In this document: positions 1 to 9,600 of the stretch, piece after piece
How positions within the stretch are numbered: position 1 is the stretch's first letter
Layout of the letters: each line of letters begins with the position of its first letter
NCBI GenBank assembly: GCA_947499615.1
Contig: CANMOP010000005.1
Span: 24,206-88,205, forward strand
DNA from: Chloroflexota bacterium
GTDB taxonomy: Bacteria > Chloroflexota > Dehalococcoidia > UBA2979
Length of the DNA: 64,000 bases
Direction of reading: 5' to 3'
Translations under genes and position numbers: made by a program
The notes under the pieces: generated by a model
Seen by the model: only the letters and a program-made list of their open reading frames with translations
What the model was told of the DNA's origin: nothing
Database searches by the model: none

Positions 1-25
1 CCGGTTGCGCGCCGAACAGCCGCAT

Positions 26-1072
26 TTAGGCCTCGTCGACTCCTGCGAACTGCACCAGGGACTTCAGGCCGTCCATCGCTAGCCGCGAGGTGTACGCCTC
101 CGGGCCGTGCTCGATGTCGTAGCGGTTCGTGACCACCTCGTCGATGTGCGGGACGTTCGCCAGCATGGCGATCGTGCGGCGGTACTGATCCAGCGTGGCG
201 TTCTGGGAGCCGGTGAGCGCGATCTCGCCGTAGTGCACCAGGTTCGGGTCGAACGGCACGGTCTGGTTCGGCGGGAAGCCGGCGAACATGTTGATGACGC
301 CCTGCTTGCGGACGATATCAATCGTCGGCGCCACCAGCGCGTGCGCACCCACCGTCAGCGCCACGGCGTCCGCGCCGTAGCCGCCCGTTGCGTCCTTCAC
401 GGCAGCAACGACGTTGTCCGTCGCCGGGTCCAGCACCAGGTCGGCGCCCCAGCGCTTGGCGATGGCGCGGCGCTCCGCGACCGGCTCGCTCACGATGATC
501 GGGCTCACGCCTGCGGCCTTCGCCATGATCACGTGCAGCAGGCCCATCGGGCCCGCGCCCACGATCGCGAGCGAGGAGCCCGCCGAAATCTGCATGAGGT
601 CCAGCGAGGACAGCGTGCACGCTGCCGGCTCCGTCAGCGCGGCGATGTCCAGCGGCAGGCTATCCGACACCGGCAGGACGTGGCCGGAGCGCACCAACTG
701 CGCCGGCACCAGCAGGTACTCGGCGAATCCACCGTCGAGGTCGTAGCCGAGCGTCTTGCGCTCCGCGCAGCGGTTCTGGCGGCCCACGATGCAGAAGCGG
801 CAATGCCCACAGGTGACGATGGGGCAGACGACGACCCGCGTGCCCTCCTTGACGGAGGTGACACCCTCGCCGAGCGCATCCACAACGCCAGCGATTTCGT
901 GGCCGGGGACCACGCCCGGCAGCGCGTACTTCTCGCCGCGGTAGACGCGGACGTCGGAGTTGCAGAGGGAGGCGGCGGCGACGCGCAGGCGTACCTCGCC
1001 CGGGCCGGGGGTGGGCGTCGTGCGGTCCACGACGGAGATCTTGCCGGGTGCCTCAAAGATCGTTGCGCGCAT
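26..1072 (-). CDS. Zinc-dependent alcohol dehydrogenase (MDR family; threonine/sorbitol dehydrogenase-like)
   Basis: 348 aa. N-terminal GroES-like fold with catalytic-zinc GHE motif. Structural-zinc Cys cluster CGHCRFC...C. Rossmann GxGxxG 'GAGPMG'. ATG at 1072. Confidence 0.8.
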   Translation of the reverse strand: MRATIFEAPGKISVVDRTTPTPGPGEVRLRVAAASLCNSDVRVYRGEKYALPGVVPGHEIAGVVDALGEGVTSVKEGTRVVVCPIVTCGHCRFCIVGRQNRCAERKTLGYDLDGGFAEYLLVPAQLVRSGHVLPVSDSLPLDIAALTEPAACTLSSLDLMQISAGSSLAIVGAGPMGLLHVIMAKAAGVSPIIVSEPVAERRAIAKRWGADLVLDPATDNVVAAVKDATGGYGADAVALTVGAHALVAPTIDIVRKQGVINMFAGFPPNQTVPFDPNLVHYGEIALTGSQNATLDQYRRTIAMLANVPHIDEVVTNRYDIEHGPEAYTSRLAMDGLKSLVQFAGVDEA

Positions 1073-1185
1073 GGTGCCTGCCAGCCCTTCTTGTCATATG
1101 CATCGGGCACGTGCGTCTTGCCGTGCCTGGCGTGTCCCTGGTGTTTTCACGTCGCAGTGTGTTGTGAGTCAGTATATGCGAAGCC

Positions 1186-1212
1186 CCGGTCGCAACCGCG
1201 CCGGGGCTTGTC
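1186..1212 (-). terminator. GC-rich hairpin downstream of rpsT (putative intrinsic terminator)
   Basis: gccccggtcgcaaccgcgccggggc stem-loop lies after the rpsT stop on the minus strand. The U-tract is weak. Confidence 0.3.
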
Positions 1213-1317
1213 AACGTTCTGATCCGAGGCTGTGCACGCCGCGTCGCACCATCGAGGCGCGTGGGGTGTGCGACGTGCGAGTGCGGGGCGGAACGGCAAC
1301 CGACGAGCGGGCGCTCG

Positions 1318-1590
1318 CTATGCCGCCGCTGCTGCGCCGGCCTTTAGTGCCTTCACCAGGCGGGACTTGCGGCGAGATGCCGCGTTGCGGTGGATGACGC
1401 CGCCCTTGGCCGCCCGGTCCAACGCCGACTGCGCCACACGAATCGCCTCAAGGGCGTCCGGGGCACCGGTCAGAGCCGCTTCGCGCGCGTCGCGGACCCG
1501 GCGGGTCGTGAACGTGCGGATCGGGCGGTTGACGCCTGTCATGCGCTCCGTCTGCAGGATGCGCTTCTTTGCTTGCTTGGAATGTGCCAT
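1318..1590 (-). CDS. rpsT: 30S ribosomal protein S20
   Basis: 90 aa starting MAHSKQAKKRI... Basic, Ala-rich C-terminus typical of bS20. Confidence 0.9.
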   Translation of the reverse strand: MAHSKQAKKRILQTERMTGVNRPIRTFTTRRVRDAREAALTGAPDALEAIRVAQSALDRAAKGGVIHRNAASRRKSRLVKALKAGAAAAA

Positions 1591-1800
1591 CGCTATCGTC
1601 CCTCCACGGACGGACTGTCATGGTAGGGGCGCGCGTCGCGGCTGTCTATCGGGTGGGGTGGGGGGAGCGGCGTCTCTGTCTGGCGGAGAGCAGCGCAAAT
1701 TGATTGACAATCACGCCGCCGCTGACGATGCTTATTGCGTGAGCCGGGTGTGACTTCCTGCGGAAGTCGCGTTCCGGCTCCTTTTCGTTCCCCTTGCTGC

Positions 1801-2544
1801 CTACCCGCCTCCGAATTGGTCCGCAATCACCCGGTGCGCGCGATCTGGCATCCGATACATCCCAGGGAGTGTTCCGAAGTTCACGGTGAGGCTCTCGACG
1901 ATCCGGTAATAGCGGCCCACTGATGTGAGGAAATCATCACCCGGGGGCATCGCGTTGGCGAGGTCATGTTGCGCCCACAGTCGGACTACGCCCACGAGCA
2001 TGTCAGCGATTTGGATTCCAGCTGTCACCTTGGAATCCACGAAATATGGAGCGTCCGCGATGCGGATCAACCCTTGTCCCTCTAGTGAACGGTGGAGGTA
2101 GCTTTCGAATCGAGGCGCCATAGCCTTCATGTCGACGCCATCGAACGGAATTGTTGCCATATCCGCGTCCCGCTCACAGAGCGCGTTCACGCGTTGAAGT
2201 AAGTACCGGAATTGATTCGGCAAGTACCGCTGGGTCTCAGGCAACGCCTCCGTGGGTCTTTCCATTGAGATGGCGAAAACGGTGATCGGGAGAGTGGCTG
2301 CTTGATTGAAGAATGCGTCAGTCAACGCCCAGTGCTCCGCGTTGCGCCGGAAGGTTGTGCGCGTGATCAGCTTCACGGCCTTGAGTTCCATGTCCGGGCG
2401 CCCTGCGACTTCTCTCTTCATCGCGTAAATCTGACGGGCGATTCCGCGCATGTCCGCCTCGCGGATGCATACCGCTAGAACTGCAGGGTGGGTGGCTGGA
2501 TCGTTTGGATGGGGATGGCCACTTTCGTCGATGAATACCAGCAT
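1801..2544 (-). CDS. DUF3800-family protein on a low-GC island
   Basis: 247 aa with N-terminal 'VFIDESG' (the DES signature of DUF3800). Local GC is about 55-60% against ~70% in flanks. ATG at 2544. Confidence 0.6.
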   Translation of the reverse strand: MLVFIDESGHPHPNDPATHPAVLAVCIREADMRGIARQIYAMKREVAGRPDMELKAVKLITRTTFRRNAEHWALTDAFFNQAATLPITVFAISMERPTEALPETQRYLPNQFRYLLQRVNALCERDADMATIPFDGVDMKAMAPRFESYLHRSLEGQGLIRIADAPYFVDSKVTAGIQIADMLVGVVRLWAQHDLANAMPPGDDFLTSVGRYYRIVESLTVNFGTLPGMYRMPDRAHRVIADQFGGG

Positions 2545-2591
2545 TTGATAATGCTAACAGCTAAGCGGCAGCAGGCCTCATCCCCTCCGGT

Positions 2592-4241
2592 TTGACCGCC
2601 GCCCCTCCGTACCTCGATCATCCGCGTATGCGAGAGCCACCGGCGTCGAGGGGGTTCGGTCGCTTTCTACAGCGCACCCTGACGTCTGAAACGGTGCTCC
2701 ACGCCGCGGGCATCGTCGCCTTCGGGTTCCTGGCGTCCAGGCTGCTCGGACTGCTGCGCACCGTCGCCATCGCGCACGCCTTCGGCACAGACCCGCAGTT
2801 GGGCGCGTACTGGGTGGCGTTCCGGCTCCCCGACCTCGTGTTTCAGCTGCTCGCCGGCGCGACGCTCTCCTCGGCGTTCATCCCCGCGTACAGCCGCATC
2901 CGAATGCGCATGGGCGAGCAGGCCGGCTGGCGAGTCGCGTCCGATGTGCTCAACCTCGTCAGCGTCGCGACCACGGTCGTTGCGGTGGTCGCGTTTCTGC
3001 TCGCGCCGTGGATCGTGCCGCTGCTGGCGCCCGGGCTTGGCGAGCAGAGCGGCCGCGTCGCGGAACTGCGGACGCTGGCGGTCTCGCTCACACGACTGAT
3101 GCTGATCTCGCCGATCCTGTTCGGCGTGTCCGGGATGCTGACCGGCATCCTGAACGCGCGACAGCATTTCATCGCGCCTGCGCTCGCGCCGGTGGTCTAC
3201 AATCTCTCGATCATCTTCGGTGCGACGGTGCTCGCGAGGCCGTTCGGGGTGTACGGCCTCGCGAGCGGCGTGGTGCTGGGGAGCCTCGCGCACCTCGCGG
3301 TCCAGCTCCCCGCGCTGCGCGCGGCCGGGATGCGCTGGTCGCCCACCCTCGACATCGTGTCGCCGGGGGTCGCCGAGGTGGCCCGACTGATGGGGCCGCG
3401 CGTGATCGGGCTGGCGGCGGCGCAGCTCAACTTCATCATCGTGCTGTTCTTCGCCTCGTACGTGTCGGACGCGGCGATCAGTGCGCTGACGTACGCCTTC
3501 CTGATCGCGATGCTGCCCGTGGGCATCATCGGCATGGCGATATCCACTGCGATCTTCCCGACGCTGGCACAGCAGGCGGCCGCGCAGCAGATGGAGACGT
3601 TGCGCGAGTCGGTGGCGCGCAGTCTGCGCATGATTCTGTTCTTCTCGATTCCTGCGTCGTTCGGGCTCGCCGTGCTTGCGGAGCCGACGGTGCGGCTGCT
3701 GTTCGAGCGCGGCGCGTTCGATGCACGGTCGACCTCGCTCGTCAGTGCGGCCCTCGTCTGGTACGCGTTCGCGGTCTTCGCGCATGCTGGCATCGAGATC
3801 CTTAGTCGAGGCTTCTACGCCGTCGCCGACACGCGTACGCCGGTGCGGCTGGCCGTCATCGCCGTGGTGCTCAATGCCGTGCTTTCGGCGCTGCTGGTGG
3901 GGCCATTCGGTGTTCGCGGACTGGCGCTGGCGACCTCGATTGCGGCGATCGTCGAGTTCGTGCTGCTCTGGCGGGCGCTTGATGTCCGACTCGACGGGTT
4001 CGGTGAAAGCGGCGTCGGCGGTTCCTCGTTGCGAACGTTGGCGGCGTCGGTGGTGATGGCTGAGGTCGTGGTGTTGGTGCTGGCGTTGCTGCGCGCGTTC
4101 GGACTCGATGGCGGCGCGATGGGCGGCGCGCTCGTGCTGACGGCGGTCGGTGGGTTTGCCGGCCTCGCGGCGTTTGGTGTCACCGCGGCGGTGCTGCGCA
4201 GCCGGGAGATCACCGAGGTACTCGACCGCCTCGGCGGGTGA
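2592..4241 (+). CDS. murJ: Lipid II flippase MurJ (MviN family)
   Basis: 549 aa polytopic membrane protein with MurJ/MOP-superfamily N-terminal pattern (LLRTVAIAHAFG...). TTG start at 2592; the true start may be a little downstream. Confidence 0.8.
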   Translation: MTAAPPYLDHPRMREPPASRGFGRFLQRTLTSETVLHAAGIVAFGFLASRLLGLLRTVAIAHAFGTDPQLGAYWVAFRLPDLVFQLLAGATLSSAFIPAYSRIRMRMGEQAGWRVASDVLNLVSVATTVVAVVAFLLAPWIVPLLAPGLGEQSGRVAELRTLAVSLTRLMLISPILFGVSGMLTGILNARQHFIAPALAPVVYNLSIIFGATVLARPFGVYGLASGVVLGSLAHLAVQLPALRAAGMRWSPTLDIVSPGVAEVARLMGPRVIGLAAAQLNFIIVLFFASYVSDAAISALTYAFLIAMLPVGIIGMAISTAIFPTLAQQAAAQQMETLRESVARSLRMILFFSIPASFGLAVLAEPTVRLLFERGAFDARSTSLVSAALVWYAFAVFAHAGIEILSRGFYAVADTRTPVRLAVIAVVLNAVLSALLVGPFGVRGLALATSIAAIVEFVLLWRALDVRLDGFGESGVGGSSLRTLAASVVMAEVVVLVLALLRAFGLDGGAMGGALVLTAVGGFAGLAAFGVTAAVLRSREITEVLDRLGG

Positions 4242-4353
4242 TCGCTATACTGATCGTGCCCCAACCATCACAAGGGACACTGAACAACGCACGAGAGCGC
4301 ATGTCGCCTCGTGTCGCGTGCCCGATCCCCGCATCGTGGCACGGCTGAGGAGG

Positions 4354-4839
4354 ACTGAGTTGGCCTTTTCCGACCGCGAATTGATCTGTCGCGACTGCAA
4401 TTCCCCCTACATCTTCACGGCGGGCGAGCAGGAGTTTTACGCAACCAAGGGGCTCCAGCACGACCCAGTGCGCTGCCCCTCCTGCCGCGCCAGCCGCCGC
4501 ACCATGCGCCCCGATGAGCGCGAGGAAGCACCGTCCTACGGTGTCTTCGCGTCGTGGGGTGGGCGCACCCCGCGCCAGTTGCACGCCGCAACCTGCCACG
4601 AGTGTGGTCAGACCACCGAGATCCCGTTCATGCCTCGGGGCGACCGGCCGGTGTTCTGCTCCAACTGCTACAACGCGGTGCGCGAACGCCAGGAGGCCGC
4701 AGACCTGGCGGCACAGCAGCGCCTCGCAGCCCTGGTTGGCGGGACGGCGGCCGCTGGCCTGGGCTCTACCGCCACGGCCGTTGCGGAGGAAGAGGAAGAG
4801 GAGCCCGCAGCCAATGTCGTGCTCCCCTCGCAGGAGTAG
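4354..4839 (+). CDS. Double zinc-ribbon protein with acidic C-terminal tail
   Basis: Two CxxC...CxxC modules (CRDC..CPSC and CHEC..CSNC). TTG start preceded by GGAGGA RBS. Poly-Glu tail. Confidence 0.5.
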   Translation, partial: TELAFSDRELICRDCNSPYIFTAGEQEFYATKGLQHDPVRCPSCRASRRTMRPDEREEAPSYGVFASWGGRTPRQLHAATCHECGQTTEIPFMPRGDRPVFCSNCYNAVRERQEAADLAAQQRLAALVGGTAAAGLGSTATAVAEEEEEEPAANVVLPSQE

Positions 4840-4848
4840 CACGACTCG

Positions 4849-5541
4849 ATGTTGCCTCGCGGCGGCGGGTGCGCGGCTGCCGATGCGATGCCTGTGACGG
4901 ACGCTGCCGAGGCATTCGTGCGCGCAGGGACTCGCAGTGCGCCGGTGCCGTTCGTGCCGGAGCTGCGCTTGCACATCGCTGATGAGGCGCTGGGCCTCTG
5001 GAGCCAGATGCAGCGCGCACTGGTGCGTGGCGAGGCGCCGTTACCGTTCTGGGCGTTTCCGTGGGCGGGCGGGCAGGCGCTCGCCCGCTACCTCCTCGAC
5101 CATCCTGAGGTCGTACGCGGCCGCACGGCGCTCGATGTCGGCGCGGGCTCCGGTCTGGTCGCGATCGCTGCGGCGCGGGCCGGTGCGGCCCGAGTGACCG
5201 CGAACGACATCGACGTGCATGCGCGAGCCGCCATCGGATTGAACGCCGCCCTCAACACGGTTTCGCTCGACCTCGAGGCCGGCGATCTGCTGGATAGCGA
5301 TGACGGCGAGTCGATGGTGCTGCTGGTCGGCGACCTCTGTTACGAGGCGCCACTGGCGACGCGTGTGCTCGGCCTGCTCCAGCGCGCGCACGACCGCGGT
5401 GCGACGGTGCTGCTGGGCGACCTCGGCCGCCCGCATCTCCCGCGCGCGCACCTCGAGGCAGTCGCGAGCTACGACGTCCCGGTGATTGCGGGCCTGGAGG
5501 ACGCCGCAGTAAAGCGCACCACCGTGTGGCGCGTGCGCTGA
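4849..5541 (+). CDS. Class I SAM-dependent methyltransferase (PrmA-like small MTase domain)
   Basis: 230 aa. Motif I 'LDVGAGSGLVAIAAA'. Acidic motif 'DLLVGDLCY' typical of protein-lysine/L11-type MTases. Confidence 0.6.
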   Translation: MLPRGGGCAAADAMPVTDAAEAFVRAGTRSAPVPFVPELRLHIADEALGLWSQMQRALVRGEAPLPFWAFPWAGGQALARYLLDHPEVVRGRTALDVGAGSGLVAIAAARAGAARVTANDIDVHARAAIGLNAALNTVSLDLEAGDLLDSDDGESMVLLVGDLCYEAPLATRVLGLLQRAHDRGATVLLGDLGRPHLPRAHLEAVASYDVPVIAGLEDAAVKRTTVWRVR

Positions 5542-5620
5542 GCGCTTGTCGCTCAGATCGCTCGTGCCTATGCTCGCGCCGTCCGTGCCGATCGAGTGCG
5601 GGTGATATGGAGGCAGGCCA

Positions 5621-6187
5621 ATGCACGTGCTGCGCGACCGAATGCCTGCTCGCCCGGTGATGTCGAGGGCTGCTGCGCTCCTGCTTGTGGTGCTGGCCGC
5701 GGCATCTGTCCTCGGCTGCGGGTCACCGGCGACTGACGGAGCCCCGCGAGCTTCGATCACCGCACCCGCACCCGCATCGAGCACGTCCGCCGCGTCGCCG
5801 ACTGTGACGCCACTGGCGACCTCGACGCTGGTATCGACGCCCACTCCGACTGCCGGGCCGACCGCGACGTTGCCTGTCATCGCGCCGCCACCGCCACCGC
5901 CACCCACACCTGCTGCAGCCGCTCCGCGCCCCGCGCCGGAGACGCACACCGTCGGGATGGTCGGCGTCGCGTTCGGCGCGGATCTGACCATCGAGGCGGG
6001 AAGCACCGTCGTCTGGGTCAATCGTGACCCCGTGGATCACGACATCTCGGCGCTGGATAGCAGTTGGTCATCACCCGTCGTGCGTCCCGGCGAGTCCTTC
6101 CAGCGGCGGTTCGATCAGCCCGGGGTGTTTCGTTACGTCTGCACACTGCACACGCTGGTGATGCAATCCACGCTCACCGTGCGGTAG
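5621..6187 (+). CDS. Cupredoxin (plastocyanin/azurin-like) lipoprotein
   Basis: Signal peptide with lipobox 'LGCGS'. Pro/Thr-rich linker. C-terminal type-1 copper ligand pattern 'YVCTLHTLVM' (C..H..M). Confidence 0.65.
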   Translation: MHVLRDRMPARPVMSRAAALLLVVLAAASVLGCGSPATDGAPRASITAPAPASSTSAASPTVTPLATSTLVSTPTPTAGPTATLPVIAPPPPPPPTPAAAAPRPAPETHTVGMVGVAFGADLTIEAGSTVVWVNRDPVDHDISALDSSWSSPVVRPGESFQRRFDQPGVFRYVCTLHTLVMQSTLTVR

Positions 6188-6207
6188 GTGCGCCCGGGTT
6201 CTCCCCG

Positions 6208-6237
6208 TTGTCGCCCGCGCCTGCGTCGCACTAGACT
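6208..6237 (+). promoter_or_regulatory. Putative sigma-70 promoter for the ileS T-box leader
   Basis: TTGTCG -35, 18-nt spacer, TAGACT -10, directly upstream of the leader. Confidence 0.3.
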
Positions 6238-6244
6238 CGACGCA

Positions 6245-6590
6245 TCGGCAACGACGGAGAGAGTAGTCGAGGCGTACGGGCCACGCAGCGAGTCCGGGAC
6301 GGTGCAAGCCGGACGTGCGCCCGCCGCGACGAAGATCACTCCTGAGCCGCCGCCCGAACGCGCCGCGCGCGCATCGACACGTCGATGCTGCTGCGTGCGC
6401 CAGTAGACGCGGCCGGAACGCCCACCGTTAGCGGGGCAGCGAGCAGATCGAGCGATCGATCGGCGCGCATTGAGCGGCGCATACTTCGAATCGATTCGAG
6501 GCATGCGCAACGCGGGTGGTACCGCGGGCCGACGAGCACACCTCGTCACGCCCGTCCCGCATCCTGAGCGGGGCGGGCATTTCTGTGCCC
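6245..6590 (+). promoter_or_regulatory. T-box riboswitch leader (Ile specifier) controlling ileS
   Basis: Canonical T-box motif AACGCGGGTGGTACCGCGGG at 6509-6528. Followed by a GC hairpin plus aTTTCTGTG terminator (6551-6587). AGAGAG-type Stem I element near 6255. Candidate AUC specifier in 'gaagAUCa'. Confidence 0.8.
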
Positions 6591-6607
6591 CTCCGACATC
6601 ATTCCTC

Positions 6608-6656
6608 CACCCCTCGCCCCGTCTCGCGGGGAGAGGGGCCGGGGGTGAGGGTCTCC
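6608..6656. repeat. GC-rich palindromic repeat (family copy A) in the ileS 5'UTR
   Basis: CCCTCGCCCCGtctcGCGGGGAGAGGGGCCGGGGGTGAGGG. Same unit recurs at least 7 times in this window. Confidence 0.8.
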
Positions 6657-6695
6657 GTCCCACGCCGGGGCGCGAGGCAGAGGATGAGGGTGCCG

Positions 6696-9600
6696 ATGTT
6701 CGATCCGATCCCGTCTCGCGTCTCGTTCCCCGCGCTGGAGGCGGACACCCTCGCGTTCTGGCGTGAGCACGACGTGTTCCGCCGCAGCGTCGATGAGCGA
6801 CCCGCCGACCGCATCTTCAACTTCTACGAGGGGCCGCCCACCGCCAACGGGAACCCGGGCATCCATCACGTCCTGGCGCGCGTGTTCAAGGACCTGATCC
6901 CGCGTTACCGCACCATGCGCGGCGATCGCGTACCTCGGAAGGGTGGGTGGGACACGCACGGTCTGCCGGTGGAGTTGGAGGTGGAGCGTCAGCTCGGCCT
7001 GCACTCCAAGCTGGAGATCGAGGCCTACGGCGTGGAGGCGTTCAACCAGCAGTGTCGCGACTCGGTGTTCCGCTACGTCTCCGAGTGGGAGCGAATGACG
7101 GAGCGCATCGGCTACTGGGTGGATACAGAGCACCCGTACGTCACGTACTCGCGAGAGTACGTGGAGACCTGCTGGTGGATCTTCAAGCGGCTGTTCGACA
7201 ACGGGCTGATGTTCCGCGACTACCGCGTGACCCCGCACTGCCCGCGCTGCGGCACCTCGCTGTCCTCGCACGAGATCGCCCTCGGCTATAAGGAGGACAC
7301 TCCGGACCCGAGCGTCACCGTGCTGTTCCGCGCCGATGCTGCCGCAAGCGCGGAGGCGGGCGTGTCGCCGCTGCTGCGGCTGGCGGACGGCGTGCCGACG
7401 TTCGTCGTCGCGTGGACCACGACGCCGTGGACGCTCCCCGGCAATGTCGCGCTGGCGCTGAACGCCGACGCCGAGTACGCGATCGTCGAGTACGGCTCGG
7501 AGCACCCGAGCGTCGGCCGCGTACGGCTGATCCTCGCGGCGTCCCGCGTGGGCGCGGTGATCCCCGGCATGGCACCGCGCGAGGCGGACACCGGGCGTGG
7601 CATCTCGCTGGCGGATGCGCAGATCTGGCAGGACGACTCGCGCGTGATCGCCACCGTGCGTGGCAGCGATGTGGTCGGCCTGCGCTACGAGCCGCTGTAC
7701 GAATCGCGCGAGTGGGACGAGGTGGAGGCGCTCGCATTCGTCGATGGCCGCACGCAGCGCATCGAGGGGGATGTGAGCGCGCCCGCGCGGCGCGTGGTCG
7801 CGGCTGACTTCGTGCAGACCGATGACGGCACGGGCATCGTGCACATCGCGCCCGCGTTCGGTGAGGACGACTACGCGCTCGGCCGTGCCGAGGGGTTGAT
7901 GTTCCTGCAGCCGGTCGGCCTCGACGGGAAGTTCGTCGGCGGGCCGTGGGCTGGCGAGTTCGTGAAGGACGCGGACCGTGGCATCCGTCGCGACCTGCGT
8001 CAGCGCGGCGTGCTGCTGCGCGATGAGCAGATCCGCCACACGTACCCGTTCTGCTGGCGCTGCGACACCCCGGTGCTCTACTACGCCAAGCCGTCCTGGT
8101 ACATCCGCACCACCGCGGTGAAGGACGCGCTGATCGAGGGTAACCAGCGCATCCACTGGGTGCCCGACCACATCCGCGACGGTCGCTTCGGCGGATGGCT
8201 GGAGGGCAACATCGACTGGGCGGTATCGCGCGAGCGGTACTGGGGCACGCCCCTGCCGCTCTGGACCTGCGAGGGCTGCGCTACCGTCGAGTGCATCGGC
8301 TCGTACGCCGAACTGCGCGAGCGCTCTGGCGCTGCCGAGGAGATTGCGGATCCGCACCGCCCGTTCATCGACGCGGTGACGCTGCCTTGCGCCGCGTGCG
8401 GCGGGACGATGCGCCGCACGCCCGAGGTTGCCGACGCCTGGTTCGACTCCGGCGCGATGCCGTACGCGCAGGCGCACTACCCGTTCGAGGACGCCTCGGC
8501 GTTTGGATCGCGCTTCCCCGCCGACTTCATCTGCGAGGCCGTCGACCAGACACGCGGCTGGTTCTACACGCTGCACGCGCTGGCCACGCTGCTCAATCGC
8601 ACGGACGACGTGCCGGACAGCATCGCCTACCGCAACGTGATCTGCCTCGGCCACATCCTCGATGGCGAGGGGCTGAAGATGTCGAAGTCGCGCGGGAACG
8701 TCGTGGACCCGTGGACCGTGCTGGACACGCAGGGCGCGGACGCGCTGCGCTGGTACCTCTACACCGCCTCGCCGCCCGGCAACTCGCGGCGCTTCTCCAC
8801 CGAGCTGGTCGGCGAGGTCTCGCGGCGCTTCCTGTCGACGCTGTGGAATACCTACTCGTTCTTCGTCACCTACGCGAACATCGCGAACTTCGACCCGAGC
8901 AGCGCGCCTCCGGCCCAAATCGCGGAGCAGCGCAGCGAGCTCGACCGCTGGGTGCGCTCCGAGTTGCATCGCACCGTGCAGCGTGTGACCGAGGGCCTCG
9001 ACGCGTACGAGCCAGCCGACGCCGCGCGCCCGATCGGCGAGTTCGTCGAACAGTTGTCGAACTGGTACGTGCGCCGCTCTCGCCGTCGCTTCTGGAAGTC
9101 GGACGACTCGGCCGACACGCAGGCTGCGCTGCACACCTTGTACGAGTGCCTCACGACGGTGACGAGGTTGCTCGCCCCGTTCACCCCGTTCGTCGCGGAG
9201 GCGATGTACCGCAACCTCGTCGCCGGTCGCGTTCCCGGTGCCGCTGACTCGGTGCACCTCGACGCGTGGCCCGAGGTGGACGTCGCCGCGATCGACGAGC
9301 AACTGTCGACTGACATCGCGCTGGTGCAGCGGATGGTCTCGCTCGGCCGCGCCGCGCGGCAGCAGGCGAGCGTGCGCGTGCGTCAGCCGCTGGCCACGGC
9401 CGTGCTCGTCCCGCGAGTTGTCTCAGAGCGCACCGCGCTCGAACGACTCGCGGATCAGGTCGCCGACGAGTTGAACGTGAAGTCAGTCGAAGTCACCGCG
9501 GGCGACGACCGGCTGCGCTACTCGTTGCGTCCGAATCTGCCGGTGCTCGGCCCACGTTTTGGGCGCGAGATCGGGCCGGTGCGTGCTGCGATCGCCGCAG

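Noticed and set aside
2667-3785. 372-aa ORF antisense to murJ
   Set aside because: Same high-GC antisense artefact (RRR/ERR-rich). murJ on the plus strand is well supported.
6546-9302. 918-aa minus-strand ORF antisense to ileS
   Set aside because: Arg/Gly/Pro-rich low-complexity translation typical of antisense frames in high-GC DNA. The opposite strand encodes an unmistakable IleS.
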